Assembly (NCBI RefSeq): GCF_009914755.1
Contig: NC_060946.1
Direction: 5' to 3' (one strand)
DNA from: the human T2T-CHM13v2.0 reference genome, Homo sapiens
Length of the DNA stretch: 64,000 nucleotides
Position numbers and translations under genes: made by a program. This document shows positions 43,051 to 57,471 of the stretch, piece after piece. Each line of letters opens with the position of its first letter. The stretch's first letter is position 1. The notes beneath the pieces are model-generated. The model was not told the origin of the DNA, ran no database searches, and saw only the letters and a list, made by a program, of their open reading frames with translations.

Positions 43051-43382
43051 TACTTTGTTTAACTTCTTTCCAACTTATTAAGGTTTGTTTTCTGACTCAG
43101 GGCACAGTCTATGTTAGGGAATTTTCCACGTGTACTAGAAAATAATGAGTATTCTGCTGATATTGGAAGATTACAAAAATCATACAATAAAAAGTTACTA
43201 GACAAGAAAAGAGGCAAGAAACTATGATGGGTGATCAGGAGAAAAAACATATATGATAGAAGTAGACCCACATGAGATCCTTATACTGGAGTTAACAGAC
43301 AAGATTTTAAAATAATTGTCATTACCCATGTTTAAGAACATAGAGAAAATGGATGAAAAAAATGGAGACCCAAAATTCATTA

Positions 43383-44241
43383 GTGTTCCCCCAAAATTCA
43401 TTTGTTGAAATCCTCACCCCCCAGGCGGTAGTGTTAGGAGGTGGGGCCTTTGGGAAGTGATGAGATCATGAGGGTGGGGCCCCCATGAACGGTATTAGTG
43501 CCCTAGAAAAGGGACCCTGGAGGGCTCCCTTGCCCCTTCCACTATATGAGGACACAGAGAGAAGGCACCATCTATGAACCAGGAAGCGGGTCCTCACCAG
43601 ACACTGATCTATGAACCGGGAAGCAGATCTTCACCAGATACTGATCTATGAAGCAGGAAGCAGATCCTCACCAGACACTGATCTGTGAACCAGGAAGTGG
43701 GTCCTCACCAGACACTGATCAGTGAACCAGGAAGTGGGTCCTCACCAGACACTGATCTATGAAGAGGAAGTGGGTCCTCATGAGACACTGATCTGTGAAC
43801 CAGGAAGTGGGTCCTCACCAGACACTGATCAGTGAACCAGGAAGTGGGTCCTCACCAGACACTGATCTATGAAGAGGAAGTGGGTCCTCATGAGACACTG
43901 ATCTGTGAACCAGGAAGTGGGTCCTCACCAGACACTGATCAGTGAACCAGGAAGTGGGTCCTCACCAGACACTGATCAGTGAACCAGGAAGTGGGTCCTC
44001 ACCAGACACTGATCAGTGAACCAGGAAATGGGTCCTCACCAGACACTGATCTGTCAGCCAGGAAGTGGGTCCTCATGAGACACTGATCTGTCAACTAGGA
44101 AACAGGTCCTCACCAGACACCATATCTGCTGCAGCCTTGCCTTGGACCTCCAGCTTCCGTAATTGTGGGAAATAAACTTCCGTTGCATATAAGCCCCCAG
44201 CCTATGGTATTTTTTACAGCAGCATTAAACAAACCAATACA
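43383..44241 (+). mobile_element. MLT1A0-like MaLR LTR containing a 37-bp VNTR
   Basis: GTGTTCCCCCAAAATTCATTTGTTGAAATCCTCACCCCC...GGAGGTGGGGCCTTTGGGAAGTGAT start; CAGCCTATGGTATTTTTTACAGCAGC...AATACA end. Confidence 0.88.
43570..44123. repeat. 37-bp minisatellite, about 15 copies
   Basis: Unit ATCTGTGAACCAGGAAGTGGGTCCTCACCAGACACTG; a variant unit recurs 110 bp apart (43761, 43871). Confidence 0.95.
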
Positions 44242-45274
44242 GTGGCCATCCCCTTTATAACTGTATATTTTGTGCTGCAACTAAATTGTGATTTTACTGA
44301 CTGTAAAAAGAGTGTAAAGACTTCATGCAATTCCTAAAGTAAAAAAAAATCCAGGCCACTTTAGCATTCCCTGGCGGCTTTGCAATGAATCCCATCTTTT
44401 GCTCAGCGCACCAGCGATTCAGCAAAGGGTTGAAGTTGTCTCTTGCCTTCTCATCTCTAAATCTATGCCAGATCAAATGGGCACAATAAATACCAGCACT
44501 TTTGAGCCAGAGACTCAGAGTAATTGCATTACAGGCCTGGCCAGCCCAAATGTTTGGGGATCTGGGATAAATAAAAAAGAAATAGCTTGCGAAGTGATCT
44601 CCAGTGTTCCATTCCTGGACTGTGCAGAACCCTGCTATTCTATTTGCATGATTTAGCGAAAGGAGGTTTCATTGATATGTAAATAGTAATGCAAGTAGTT
44701 TACATTGGAAAACAAAAGCCGGGAGCACTGCCTATTATATTTTATAGCCGTTTGACTACAGCCTTTGTTGCTGCCAGAAAACACAACAGCAATTATGCTG
44801 GACCTACAATTTAAATAACTCTGGCTCACACAAGTGTTTCAGGAATAACATTTAACAATGGAATTACTTTGCCATTTGCATATGGTGTTCTTGTTTGAAG
44901 GTGTATTCTGAATTTATTGGGCATTTTTATTAGCCCGCAGTGTTGAGTTGGTATGCGGATCTTGTAGAGAGAAAAAGGTCTTCGGCAGAGAAGACTCTGA
45001 GTGCATGAAGATAAATGGCACCCGCTGTTTCAGAAGGTGGCTTAGAAGGACGGCTCTGAGTGCACATGTTTCATTATTATGGGATAGAGAGGACATCCGT
45101 GGCATATTCAGACCTCTGTGAGGGTGTCCAGATGACCCCCGTACTTCTTAGACTCTACTCCTCGAAGAGCGCCACTGGTCTGAGCTGCAAGTAAGGATCT
45201 GTGGAGGACAGGCTTGTGGGTATTAGACACTTGTATTCATGACCCAGAGTCCTGTGCCAGCTGCACGAAGCAGG

Positions 45275-46142
45275 TGAAATCACCTTTGCAGAAATTTTAT
45301 CAGTGTGAAAATTATGACAGTGAAAGAGATCGATGTCACCCACCCCACTCTTGCCTTTAGCTCTCAAGCTGCCTTAATTAGTCCTGGGCTTAGACCTAAC
45401 TAACTTTGGAAGACCTTTAGGTTATAGTTTAAATGATAATAGGCTTTCCCCAAAGTTCAGTAGCTTTTGCCTTTGTAAAGCTAATGAGAGAGCCTCCCGC
45501 TAGGTGAAGGAGAGGCACCTGAGTCCTGCTAAGACGCAGGCATAAAGGATTACCAGCCATTATGCTAGAGGTCACAGAATATCCGACTTCACCAATTACT
45601 CCCGCAGATAACACCACTAGAGTAGAACCTAAGATGGGTCTTTTGAGATATCTTTTCAGGTTTTTTTTGCATGTCTGACCTACATGGTTTCCACCTGGAA
45701 CTGCCAACCACTCCTGTGGCCCCACCCACAGGCAACTCAACTCTAGAGGACAGTTCCCACCCACTACGATTTCATCTCCACCCCAGCCAATGAGCAGCAA
45801 GCACCCATTTTCCAGCTACCTCAGCTTCCACCCCCTGTGATTTTACCCCAGCCAATCAGCAGCAAGCACCCATTTCCCAGCTACCCCAACTCCCATTCCC
45901 TATTATTTCATCTCCATCCCAGCAAATCAGCAGCAAGCACCCATTTCCCAGCTAGCCCAGCTCCTTCCCCCAAACTACCTTTGAAAAACCCCTAATCCAG
46001 GAGCCTCAGTGAGATCAATTTGAGTAATAACTCTGTCTTCCACATGGTGTGGCTGGCCTTGCCTCAATTAAACTCTTTCCTTACAGCAATGCTGTAGTCT
46101 TTATTTGCACAGTGGGCAGAAAGTGTCCCGGGACAACTCTCA
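45275..46142 (+). mobile_element. LTR8-family ERV1 solo LTR
   Basis: Starts TGAAATCACCTTTGCAGAAATT...GAAAATTATGACAGTGAAAGAGATC; ATTAAA signal near 46067. Confidence 0.75.
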
Positions 46143-48569
46143 TCCCCACCTAGGGAGGTGGGGTGTCCCCTTATCTTTGAGGTTCTTTCCTTTAAACATG
46201 CATGCATTTTTCCCTACTCGAAGCCATGTCGATTCTAGAGAAATAGGACACTGCAGAAACAAAGGCGAACGTGGCCCAGGCTCCCTCCTGACGAGCCTCG
46301 GCTTTCCCGGGTCCCTGCCTCATGTGAAGACCTAGAACTGTTCTCGTCCTGCCCCTTCCTTTTCATGTGTTTTTCCAACTCCATCTTCTCCTCATGTCCA
46401 CCAGCTCCTGGGTTCTCCAGAATGTGTGCAGTGTGCATGCGGCGAGGGACCCCGTTTGGCATCCAGCACCCCCACTGCTGGAAAAAGCAGCATCCCCCTT
46501 CTTGGGGGCCCCATGCTCCCTGCCCACCCTGTTCGGAAGCAGCTGCCAGTTCAGGACTCACACTTCCTCTCCACACGCCAGGAGGACATCATGACACTCA
46601 GGGGAGCTGGTGAGGAAAATGCTTCTCTGCAAACAAGCCCATATTGGACATGGCAAGACAGTCACTTTGCAGGGGACGATGGGAGAATGGGATCATGGCA
46701 GCCCTTCCAGCAAGCTCCGCCTTATCTTAGAGAGAATGCCCCTCCCCTGCCCCCAGTCCAAACAGTGTCTGCGCTCTGGAACACGGAACCACTGCACCAG
46801 GGCAGCCCTAAATGGCTTGATTTCCGTCCTTTAAAAACCTTCTCAGCTGAGCCCAGTTAATTACAAAACTAGTTCACACTCTGTTATTTTGATTTGCCTC
46901 CGCCTTCCAGGCTGAGTGATTAGGCAGAGACTTTCAGGAGCAGCAGAGCGTGGCCTGAGGTCCCTGTCTGCCTCATCGCTTTCAAAAGGAGTACCAGCAG
47001 CAGGCGGGCTCCATCCAGGCCGGCAGCCAGGATCAGCTCGCCAGGCCCACCACATTCATGCCTGGAAACTGTTACATAGACATAGCCCCACACATTAATT
47101 AGCAATTAAAAACTTTATTTATAAAATCAATTCATGGATACACATCTTGTTAAAATGCAAACTATTATTTCCAGATGACTTTTAAATAAGAAACAAACAG
47201 AAATGATATAGCCTGACAGTGCAGGGTGCCAAGAACATCTTCAACAACAATTTGCTGAATATTAATGAACTGAAAATGTCATTTCTGGTCCAACTACTAG
47301 AAGTAATTAGTTTTTTTTAATTACGGAGGAAGTGGAATTTTAATAAGGTCAATTTTACAATTACAGTTTTAGAAATACTAATTGTATTGTCATCATATCT
47401 TATATAATAAATGACATTAACTTGCTAACATCTGTTGATTTTAATGTAAATAAAGCAAAAAAATCATTGCATTGAGTTCTTTAGGGAGTGACATTTTATT
47501 AATAATGAGAGCAAGATTGTGGACAGCATCGGAGACAGGTTGGACCATGCGGGATCCCCCAAGAGGGCGTGAAGGTAACACAGAAGGCCTGCTGGCAATG
47601 CTTTCTGAATTTCCTCATCAGCAGCCATGGAGGGAGGAATTGTGCAATACTTTTTCTGACATGCCATGAACATAAGCCTCTACAAATACCAGCTTCAAAT
47701 TCAAACTTGAGCCTGAGCTGAAGGACAATAGCAAGATCCCACTCTGACGTTCGTTCTGTCTCCCCCTGCAGGAAGCGACTCCTGAACATCTGGCATACAC
47801 GTACACTGGTTTCCTATCCCTCACCAAGCACATAAATGAATCCCGCCTCTCCTCCTCACGAGCTCAAAGTGACAAGGCAGAGGTGCCTCTCCTCCTCCGA
47901 TCGCCACAGCCTGTCTTTCTCAGTCACAAAACTGCAGGGATGCTAAATCCTGAAGTCCCTAAATACCTCCCCATCCAACTGATGCCAACCCACTGACTCT
48001 CCCCAGCAGTGCTCTGTTCAGTCAAGTTAAATCATCTTTGCCCTGAAATTGATATTCCAATGGCTTAAGCTAACCCCTCCTCCATAGTTCCACCCTTCCT
48101 AATGTTAATTCTTTTGATTCCATGGAATAAAAAGCATAAAATCTCACTCAGGTAGCCCACAAAGCTCATCAGCCTCCAAGGCAGAGACCTATGCACGAAT
48201 GTGTCCCATACAGTGCTGTATGCTACAGGCTCATCAGGGCCACATGGCACCCCTCAGGGAAGTCATAGTTCCAGTATAGATGGTCCTGTTCAATGCTAGC
48301 ATTAATGCTAATTATAAAGGACTATACATTATTAATAACACTCATGTCTTATCTAATAACAACAATAAAAGTAACTTGCCACTTACCGAACATCTATTAT
48401 ATGCCAAGACATAGGCATTTTAATAGGCATTTTATTTATTCTTCAAGACCCTTGGATGTTTCAATAAAGGATTTACATAAATGTACTGATACTGAAGTAA
48501 ACTCAATTCTTCTCAGTTCTGTTCAATAAGTAAAATAATATAGAGTTTTAAGTAAAAAGCCATAGAAGT

Positions 48570-48690
48570 GAAAGATATTTGGACCCCACCATCCAGTTCC
48601 TTCATTTTACAGATGAGGGAGCAAGGACCCAAAGAGATGAAACTGTCCCCACATTTCCTGTGCTGCGACTTTGGACTAAGAGTAGATCTG
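48570..48690 (-). mobile_element. MIR fragment
   Basis: CTTCATTTTACAGATGAGGGAGCAAGGACCCAAAGAGATGAA. Confidence 0.65.
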
Positions 48691-50989
48691 TTTTGAGTGA
48701 AGAGGGGAATGGGAGGGAGAGAGGGAGGAGGGATGGGTCTTGACCTCCGGATTCTATGCCTGATCCAGCCCTTCCTGTTTTTTCCTGCCCCACCCTTCCC
48801 TAAAAAGCCCCTTTCCATTTTACTCAGGGACAGTCATCTGGGGTTACTGCCCTCCCGTCCCCTCCTAAGAGTGGCATTGTGATGACGGCTGCAGACGCTC
48901 AGCCCCTCGCGTGGCTCACAGTGTCTCGCACCCCAGTCCATTTCTGAATCCAATAGCTGGGAGAGGTGGGTACCGCAACAATTCTCAACTCTGCTGAATA
49001 ATTTTGTGCCCCTTGGGCCCTGGCCACCGCATCTCATTAGGCATCAGGCTCCAGGCCTTACCGAGAGCTCTCACTGCTCCCAACTCCTCTTAGAGCCCCC
49101 GGCTCTGTGGGAAGCCCAGGAAACCACAGGCAGCAGGTTCACCTCTGGCTGGAGGCCCAAACCCTGCTGACCCACAGGGTTCAGATTCTAGTCCAGGTGG
49201 GCTCCCCATGCAGGTGTGAGGCACCATCCCATCTCAGCCACACCTGAGCCAGACCGAAGACAGGAAGGGAGGCACACCTGCCCTGGGGCAGCTCTGCTTC
49301 CTTTGATCCCTCGGTCCCCAAGAAGCACAGACCACTGCCCCATAGCCTCTCTGCTCCTGCCACAGCACTGGCACAGGACGACCCTGAAGGACTTCCACAC
49401 CCAGTCCATGGAGTAAGGGACAGGACCAGACGCCATCTGAGGGACAAAGTCCCCGAGCCCCGATGCCTGGGCGCAGAGCTGGAGACTCGGCTTCTTCTTC
49501 GACCTCCCCGGCCACTTCCCAACACCACATCACCTCAGCGCAGCTATAAGGCACGTCCCGTCGTTGCCCCCGTCTTAGAGCTGAGAAACATGAGGACCAG
49601 AGAATCAAGGCTGTCTGAGCCAGAGGGCGCCTCGCTGGCCCCCACCCCAAAACAGCACCCGCCCTGCCCTGGTCATTACTGCCCCCCAACCTTAACCACC
49701 CTCCCCACTGCCCTACAGAAGACCCTTAGAAGGGGGCTGACTGATGGACCATGGTGAAGGCCAGCCTGGCCTCCTTCAGCCACAGTGTGAAGCGCAGTTC
49801 ACCAAAACTGGAAACTGCCATGCATCCCGGTGTCATCAAACACCACAGCAAAAGAGCCAGGTGAACGCACGGAACATCAAGCCGCAACCCTCCACACCTC
49901 TCTGTATAACCTTCGCAGCCACTGCCCCCGTGCCTGCAGAGCGGGTTTGCAGGAGACGTCATCCGAATGGATAAATGTCCGTCGGAGCTGGGGATCATCC
50001 TCCCAGAGTTTCAGCAGCTCAGAGAAGGCCAGCAACTCACCGAGCCATGCCACAGCGTGCAAGCACAGCGGCCCGGCCCTCCTGCATTCTGTCATGCACT
50101 GCGTGTCATCTTATTAAAGGATCCAACGCAGGCTCATAAAATACTTAATGAAAACATGCCACCAGGTGCACGTCCTGGAAGAGCCTGAAGACACTTTTTG
50201 CGCCCGAGGTCCTCCCCACCGTGCCACACCCCCAGGCGAGGACACATACCTTCAGGGGGACAGCTTGCAGTCGTTAAAACAGCTTATGGGTGTTTGTTAC
50301 ATCCTTGGGGATGTCTTGTTGAATTTTAATTACCTAGATTAAGATCTATTGATATAATTATTGAGATATATAAAAGTTTTATTTAAACGTGGATAGGCCA
50401 GAAATGAATGCTCCAGGGACAATAAGTGACTTTACTACCTGGCTCTCAGAGGTGCCTGTAGGACGGGGCGGGGAACACCACAGCCCAAGGACGCCCCTGG
50501 AGCGTGACCTCCCCTGGACCCAGAGTTCCCGGGAAGCCCCTCTGGGCGGAAGCATGTGGGGCGTAGGGCACAAGCCACAGAAACAGTCCACACGGCAGCC
50601 CCCCACCGCCCCCCCGCACCAGGCTCCCCGGGGAAAACCTCACATCCTCACAGTCCTCTTAGCTAACGGCCTTCGCCGTACACACCCCGAAGGTAAGAAC
50701 GCCTCATGTGCAGAGAAGCTTGCCCCAGCAGCCCAGCAGCGCATCTGGAAAGCGGTGGGGCTGGGATTTCAGCCCCCGCAGGTTCCCGGCCCCCGTAGGA
50801 TTTGCTTATCTGTGGCACTGCCTTTCTCCCCGATGAGGGGCCCTGCCTTTCTCTCACCTCACTGATGTCTCCGTGCAGGGCAGTGCTGAGGGCCTTCTCT
50901 TAATGGTCAATCACTCACCCCTCACAAACAGAGTTAACACAGCTGATGCACATGCAGCCCAGTGGAACGAAGGACTGTTTCAGTTTTTT

Positions 50990-53015
<2,026 letters not shown>

Positions 53016-53398
53016 GGGAGGACATCAGGGGCTTTGTGTGTTTGTGATATTTTACTTTGCCAACAAATGTGAAACCTCCATGATTCAGGGTTAGGACTGT
53101 ATGTAGATGATCGTGCCTATGTGGGTAACTGCTAGACTGCCTCGTCTATGGTTTTTATTATGAATCACTCCATGATAACCAGGATTGCCGTCCCTCCACT
53201 GCGATGCGGGGAAAGCCCTGAAGGAGAGTGGGCATGCATGGGGCACCCACAGACCCAGCCTTGTGAGGACTGGGGAGCCCACCCTGGTGCGTGTGGTGTA
53301 GGCCTGCACAGCTCCTCCTCACAGAAGGGTTTACAGGGCAGCTTCCCACACGGGCATGCAGTCACCCAGGGCTGCCAATGATCGGGTGAAGAGAGCTT

Positions 53399-53470
53399 TT
53401 CAATTATGGGGACAGTGTCAGCCACCCCATGTGGCTGCACACATCGGCCACAGCAGAGGAATCATATTTG
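53399..53470 (+). repeat. Inverted repeat, left arm (72 bp)
   Basis: 69 of 72 bases identical to the reverse complement of 54355-54426. Confidence 0.92.
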
Positions 53471-53539
53471 CAAAACAGCTTCCTGGATGTAGATTCCACA
53501 TACATGACAGGGTCTATGAGGGCTCTTGACATATTCTGG

Positions 53540-54305
53540 ATACTAGGCCCTATCGATGTGTGGTTGTGAATGGGCACGCCGCCAATGCCCAGCAGTTCCC
53601 AGTGTGGCCTCATCCCTCACTTTCTGCATGCGCTGGGCTGCAAGTCAGCCAAGGAGAGAGAAGAGCCTTCTCGGGCCTCTTCTGGACATGGGCACGGCCC
53701 TCAGTGCCCCTTAAGATCCCCAGGAAAACGCCAGAGTGCTTCAAAGTGTCGTGTGGACATCTCATTCCCCTGCTTTTCCTGCTAAAGCGCTTGTTCGCTT
53801 CTTGTCTGTCCAACTAGGAGTCCCATCTCAGGCAGCTGCCGTGTTCAGCAATCACCACTCACCATCGTCAGCACAGGCCCTGGGGACAACGAGCTCTGAG
53901 CAGATGGAGTCAGGACAGGCCCTGCCAGCAAGGCCCTCCCACAGAGCTGCTGGACATGTCACGCTGTGACAGTTCTCTGGAGATGGGGCTTTTGGGTTCT
54001 GAATCCCAGTCTCTCCCCTCCCACGCGGCCAGGCAGCTGGTTTTCCCAGCTCCATGACTGCAAGGAGATGGGCTTTCAATGAGATGAGGGAACCAGGGGG
54101 AGGAAGATGGGGACAGGATATTAAAATGCCATGAAACTCACTGTTCTTACCAAGATTCAGCTGTTTTTCCTGAATACTCCCTGAACAGCTGCAAGCCTTT
54201 GGTGAGCCTCCAATGTTCTGAAAAAGCTGGCTTGGGCATATTTTGTCAATGTTCTCATTGCTTTTGTGGAGAGTTTTCTCAGGCCTTTGCTTCACCATTC
54301 AGGAT
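53540..54305 (-). mobile_element. Ancient L1M 5'UTR fragment
   Basis: TTAAAATGCCATGAAACTCACTGTTCTTACCAAGATTCAGCTGTTTTTC...GCAAGCCTTTGGT...GTTCTGAAAAAG resembles antisense old L1 5' region. Confidence 0.6.
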
Positions 54306-54354
54306 GTTCTGCTCTTCAGAACAGCCACGTGGATCTCTGCCTGTAGATGTGTTA

Positions 54355-54426
54355 CAAATATGATGCCTCTGCTGTGGCCGATGTGTGCAGCCACATAAGG
54401 TGGCTGACACTGTCCCCATAATTGAA
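54355..54426 (-). repeat. Inverted repeat, right arm (72 bp)
   Basis: Reverse complement of 53399-53470 with 3 mismatches. Confidence 0.92.
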
Positions 54427-54609
54427 GTCTCTGCAGCCCAAGCTGACACCGATGGGAGAGCAGGGGTGTCCCCCTAGATCCCCTTTCCTCACCAGCTGCA
54501 CCTACCTAGAAAGAATCCTTGCTGGAGATCTACAGGCATAAGAGAGTGCAGCCACCAGACCTCCAGCAAAGTGGAATCCACAAGGCCTCCAGGACAGGTG
54601 TGCGTGACA

Positions 54610-54981
54610 ACCAGTGCAATATAAATGTAAATACCCAGACACAGACCCCCACACACACGCATGCAGAGAAGAGGCTGAGGGAGATTTACAGACTGAGCTC
54701 ATGCAATCATGGAGGCTGGCATGTCTGACACCTGCAGACAAGCAGCAGCTGAAGACCAGGGCAGGTTACTGTTGTGTCTGGAGGACAAGTCTTTCTTGTC
54801 TCTGCTCTCTAGCCCTTCAACTGATCAGACAAGGCCCACCCACATCACGGTTCATCCAAGTCTACTGGCTGTAAATGTGCATCACGCCTGCAGATACCTT
54901 CACGGCAGCATCTGGTTGGTGTTTGACCACACCTCTGGGCATCGTAGCCGAGCCAGCTGACTCAGAGATTTCACCACCTCA
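54610..54981 (-). mobile_element. MLT2 (C/D-like) LTR
   Basis: GCTCATGCAATCATGGAGGCTGGC...CCTTCAACTGATCAGACAAGGCCCACCCACAT...ACCTTCACGGCAGCATCT...GTGTTTGACCA. Confidence 0.65.
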
Positions 54982-56593
54982 GGGAAGCTCAGTTCCAGGG
55001 TTCAGTCATCCACTGTGCTTTGCTGAGTGACTGAACTGGGGACCAGGAGACCCAGGCCAGCACAGCTGAAGGCCGTCCTGGGGTGGGGCACAGGAGCTCA
55101 TGGCTGCGAAGGAGCTTGCATTAGGGGGTCAGCAGGAGGCCACACTGGCTGTAATACTGACAGAATATCAGGGTGAGAAGGGTCCTGCTGGGTGAGATGC
55201 AGGGTCTCAAAGGTGACAGTCATGCCAAGGGTGTGGAGGGAGGGGATTGGGTGCAGGTGGTGTAGGACAGAAGGTTCTATTCCAAAGGACAGAGCCAACT
55301 GCACAGCTCTAGCCTGGAGGAAAGCCCACGGCCCCTTGGCCCAGGCTCTGGCCATGCAACATGCAGCTCAGGGACCCAGACTTTGTATCCCCTGGAGCTT
55401 CGTAGAAACATGAGCCTCAGAGCCCATTCCAGGCCTGCCTGCCACAACAGAAACCGATGCTAACAAGCTCCCTGGGGTTCTGAGAGCACCGCCGTGTTTC
55501 TGTCGAGTGAGCCCTGGGACCCTTCCTGGCTCTTCCCAGGCTGCCAGCCCATCCTCCTGCACAGTCCTCCTGCACTGTCCTCCTGGGCTTGCCTTGGTTC
55601 TCTGTGCGGAGCACTGACATCCATAGAGAGCACTGCCATCAACTCCCTCTGGGTCTGTGCTTTCCTCCCATTTCCCCCAAGCCAAGATACAGAAGGTGCA
55701 CGACACGGGCCCTGGGCAGGAGGACTTGAAAGCAACTTCCATGGCTCACCCCTCACCAGGCTCTGAGCTGATATCTGACCACAGAGGGGAATGTGGTGGG
55801 CGTGTGCTCTGCTGCGCACACGTGGTGCCCCTGCCCTGGAGGCTCAAGATCCTGGAGCCAGGCAGGTCCGGGAGGTACCACGGGGGTGCTGTGGGCTCTC
55901 CCTGCCTTGGTCTCCTGCTCCAGGCCCAGCACCGGCAGCAGCGCAGCCTCAGAGTTTCCTGGAGGCTCCTTCAGGGAGGTCCCCGGGGTGGGGGGTGGGG
56001 GGCATGAGCTTACTTAGGGGCCAAGATGCTAGGAGACAGCACAAGCTCCACAGCAGCACAAGACGCCGGAGCTTCTCATTCTTATTCTGTTTTCTCTTCT
56101 GGTTCAAGGAGAGAGGCCACCTTTGTTGACAAACTGGTGTTTTATACGGAGGCATCATCCGGCTGGAATGGAGCTGTCCCCATAACGGTGAGAGTACATG
56201 TTGTGATTTGAGGGAGGCTGAGCTTAACAAGGTGACAGCATGCTCCCACCTGCACCCCGGCATAAAAGCATTTCCATTTCGCTTGTACACCTCAATTCAT
56301 CTTGTAGACCGAGTTTAAAGACAGACATCACTGGAGGCCTAAACGCTGTGGTCATTCACATAAATAAATCGTTTTGTTTTAGCTCCATGGAGCAGCGCCC
56401 AGTGGAGCAGGAGGCCTGGTAATGCATGAGGTTCTGTTAAGCCTCATACACAGTAGATTAACATTTTCACAATGAATGAAAAAGGGAGGAGGGAGTTCAG
56501 TTCCGTTTTTATTTACTTTTTCTAAAATCACTTCCGACTAAAGAAAAGAGCTTCAGGGTTGACTGGGCTGAGTGCCAAGGCCCTGACCCTGGA

Positions 56594-57130
56594 ACACACA
56601 AGTGCACATGGGCATTGCACACACGCACACACATGCACTCACACAAGTGCACACACATGCATTCACACATGTACACACAGGCATTCACACAAGTGCACAC
56701 ACATACACATACCTCACACATGTGCACACACGACCCTGTCCCCATCTTCCTCTCCCTGGTTCCCCCGTGCATGCACACTGACACAGTTGCACACATGCAT
56801 GATTGTGCATACACACACGTATCCACAGGCACACATCCATACACACCTACAAGCACAGAAGCATGCACACACCACATGCATGCATACTCACACAAAAGTG
56901 CACGCATGCATATACCACTTATATACACAGGCACACACCCGTACACACCCACATGCACACATGCTCGTACACAAGTGCACACATGCATATGCCATACAAT
57001 TGTGCGTGCACACACACACACATATATACAAATATCCCATGCATCCACATGCACACATGGGTACGCACATGCATGCACACACCACACACACGTACACAGA
57101 CAAACACACAATCTGTCAGAACACACCACA
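56594..57130. repeat. Degenerate (CA/CATG)n low-complexity tract
   Basis: Directly visible. Confidence 0.85.
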
Positions 57131-57155
57131 CTCTGCTTTAAAATACACAGCTGCT

Positions 57156-57471
57156 GACCACGTGCAGTGGCTCACGCCTGTAATCCCAACACTTTCAGAT
57201 TACACTTTGGGAGGTGGGCGAATCACTTGAGGTCAGGAGTTCGAGACTGGCCTGGCCAACATGGTGAAACCCCACCTCTGCTAAAAATCCAAAAAGAAAA
57301 ATACAAAAATACAAAAATGGTGGCACGTCCCTGTAATCCCAGCTACTCGGGAAGCTGAAGCAGGAGAATCACTTGAACCCGGAGGCAGAAGTTGCAGTGA
57401 GCTGAGATCGCATCACTGCACTCCAACCTAGGCAACAGAGACTCCGTCTCAAAAAAATAAAAATAAATAAA
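57156..57471 (+). mobile_element. Alu with a small internal duplication
   Basis: ACACTTT-CAGATT-ACACTTT insertion in the left arm; TSD ACAGCTGCT on both sides. Confidence 0.92.

Noticed and set aside
49877-50095. 72-aa minus-strand ORF with protein-like composition
   Set aside because: No recognisable domain and no convincing splice or start context; expected by chance in GC-rich DNA.
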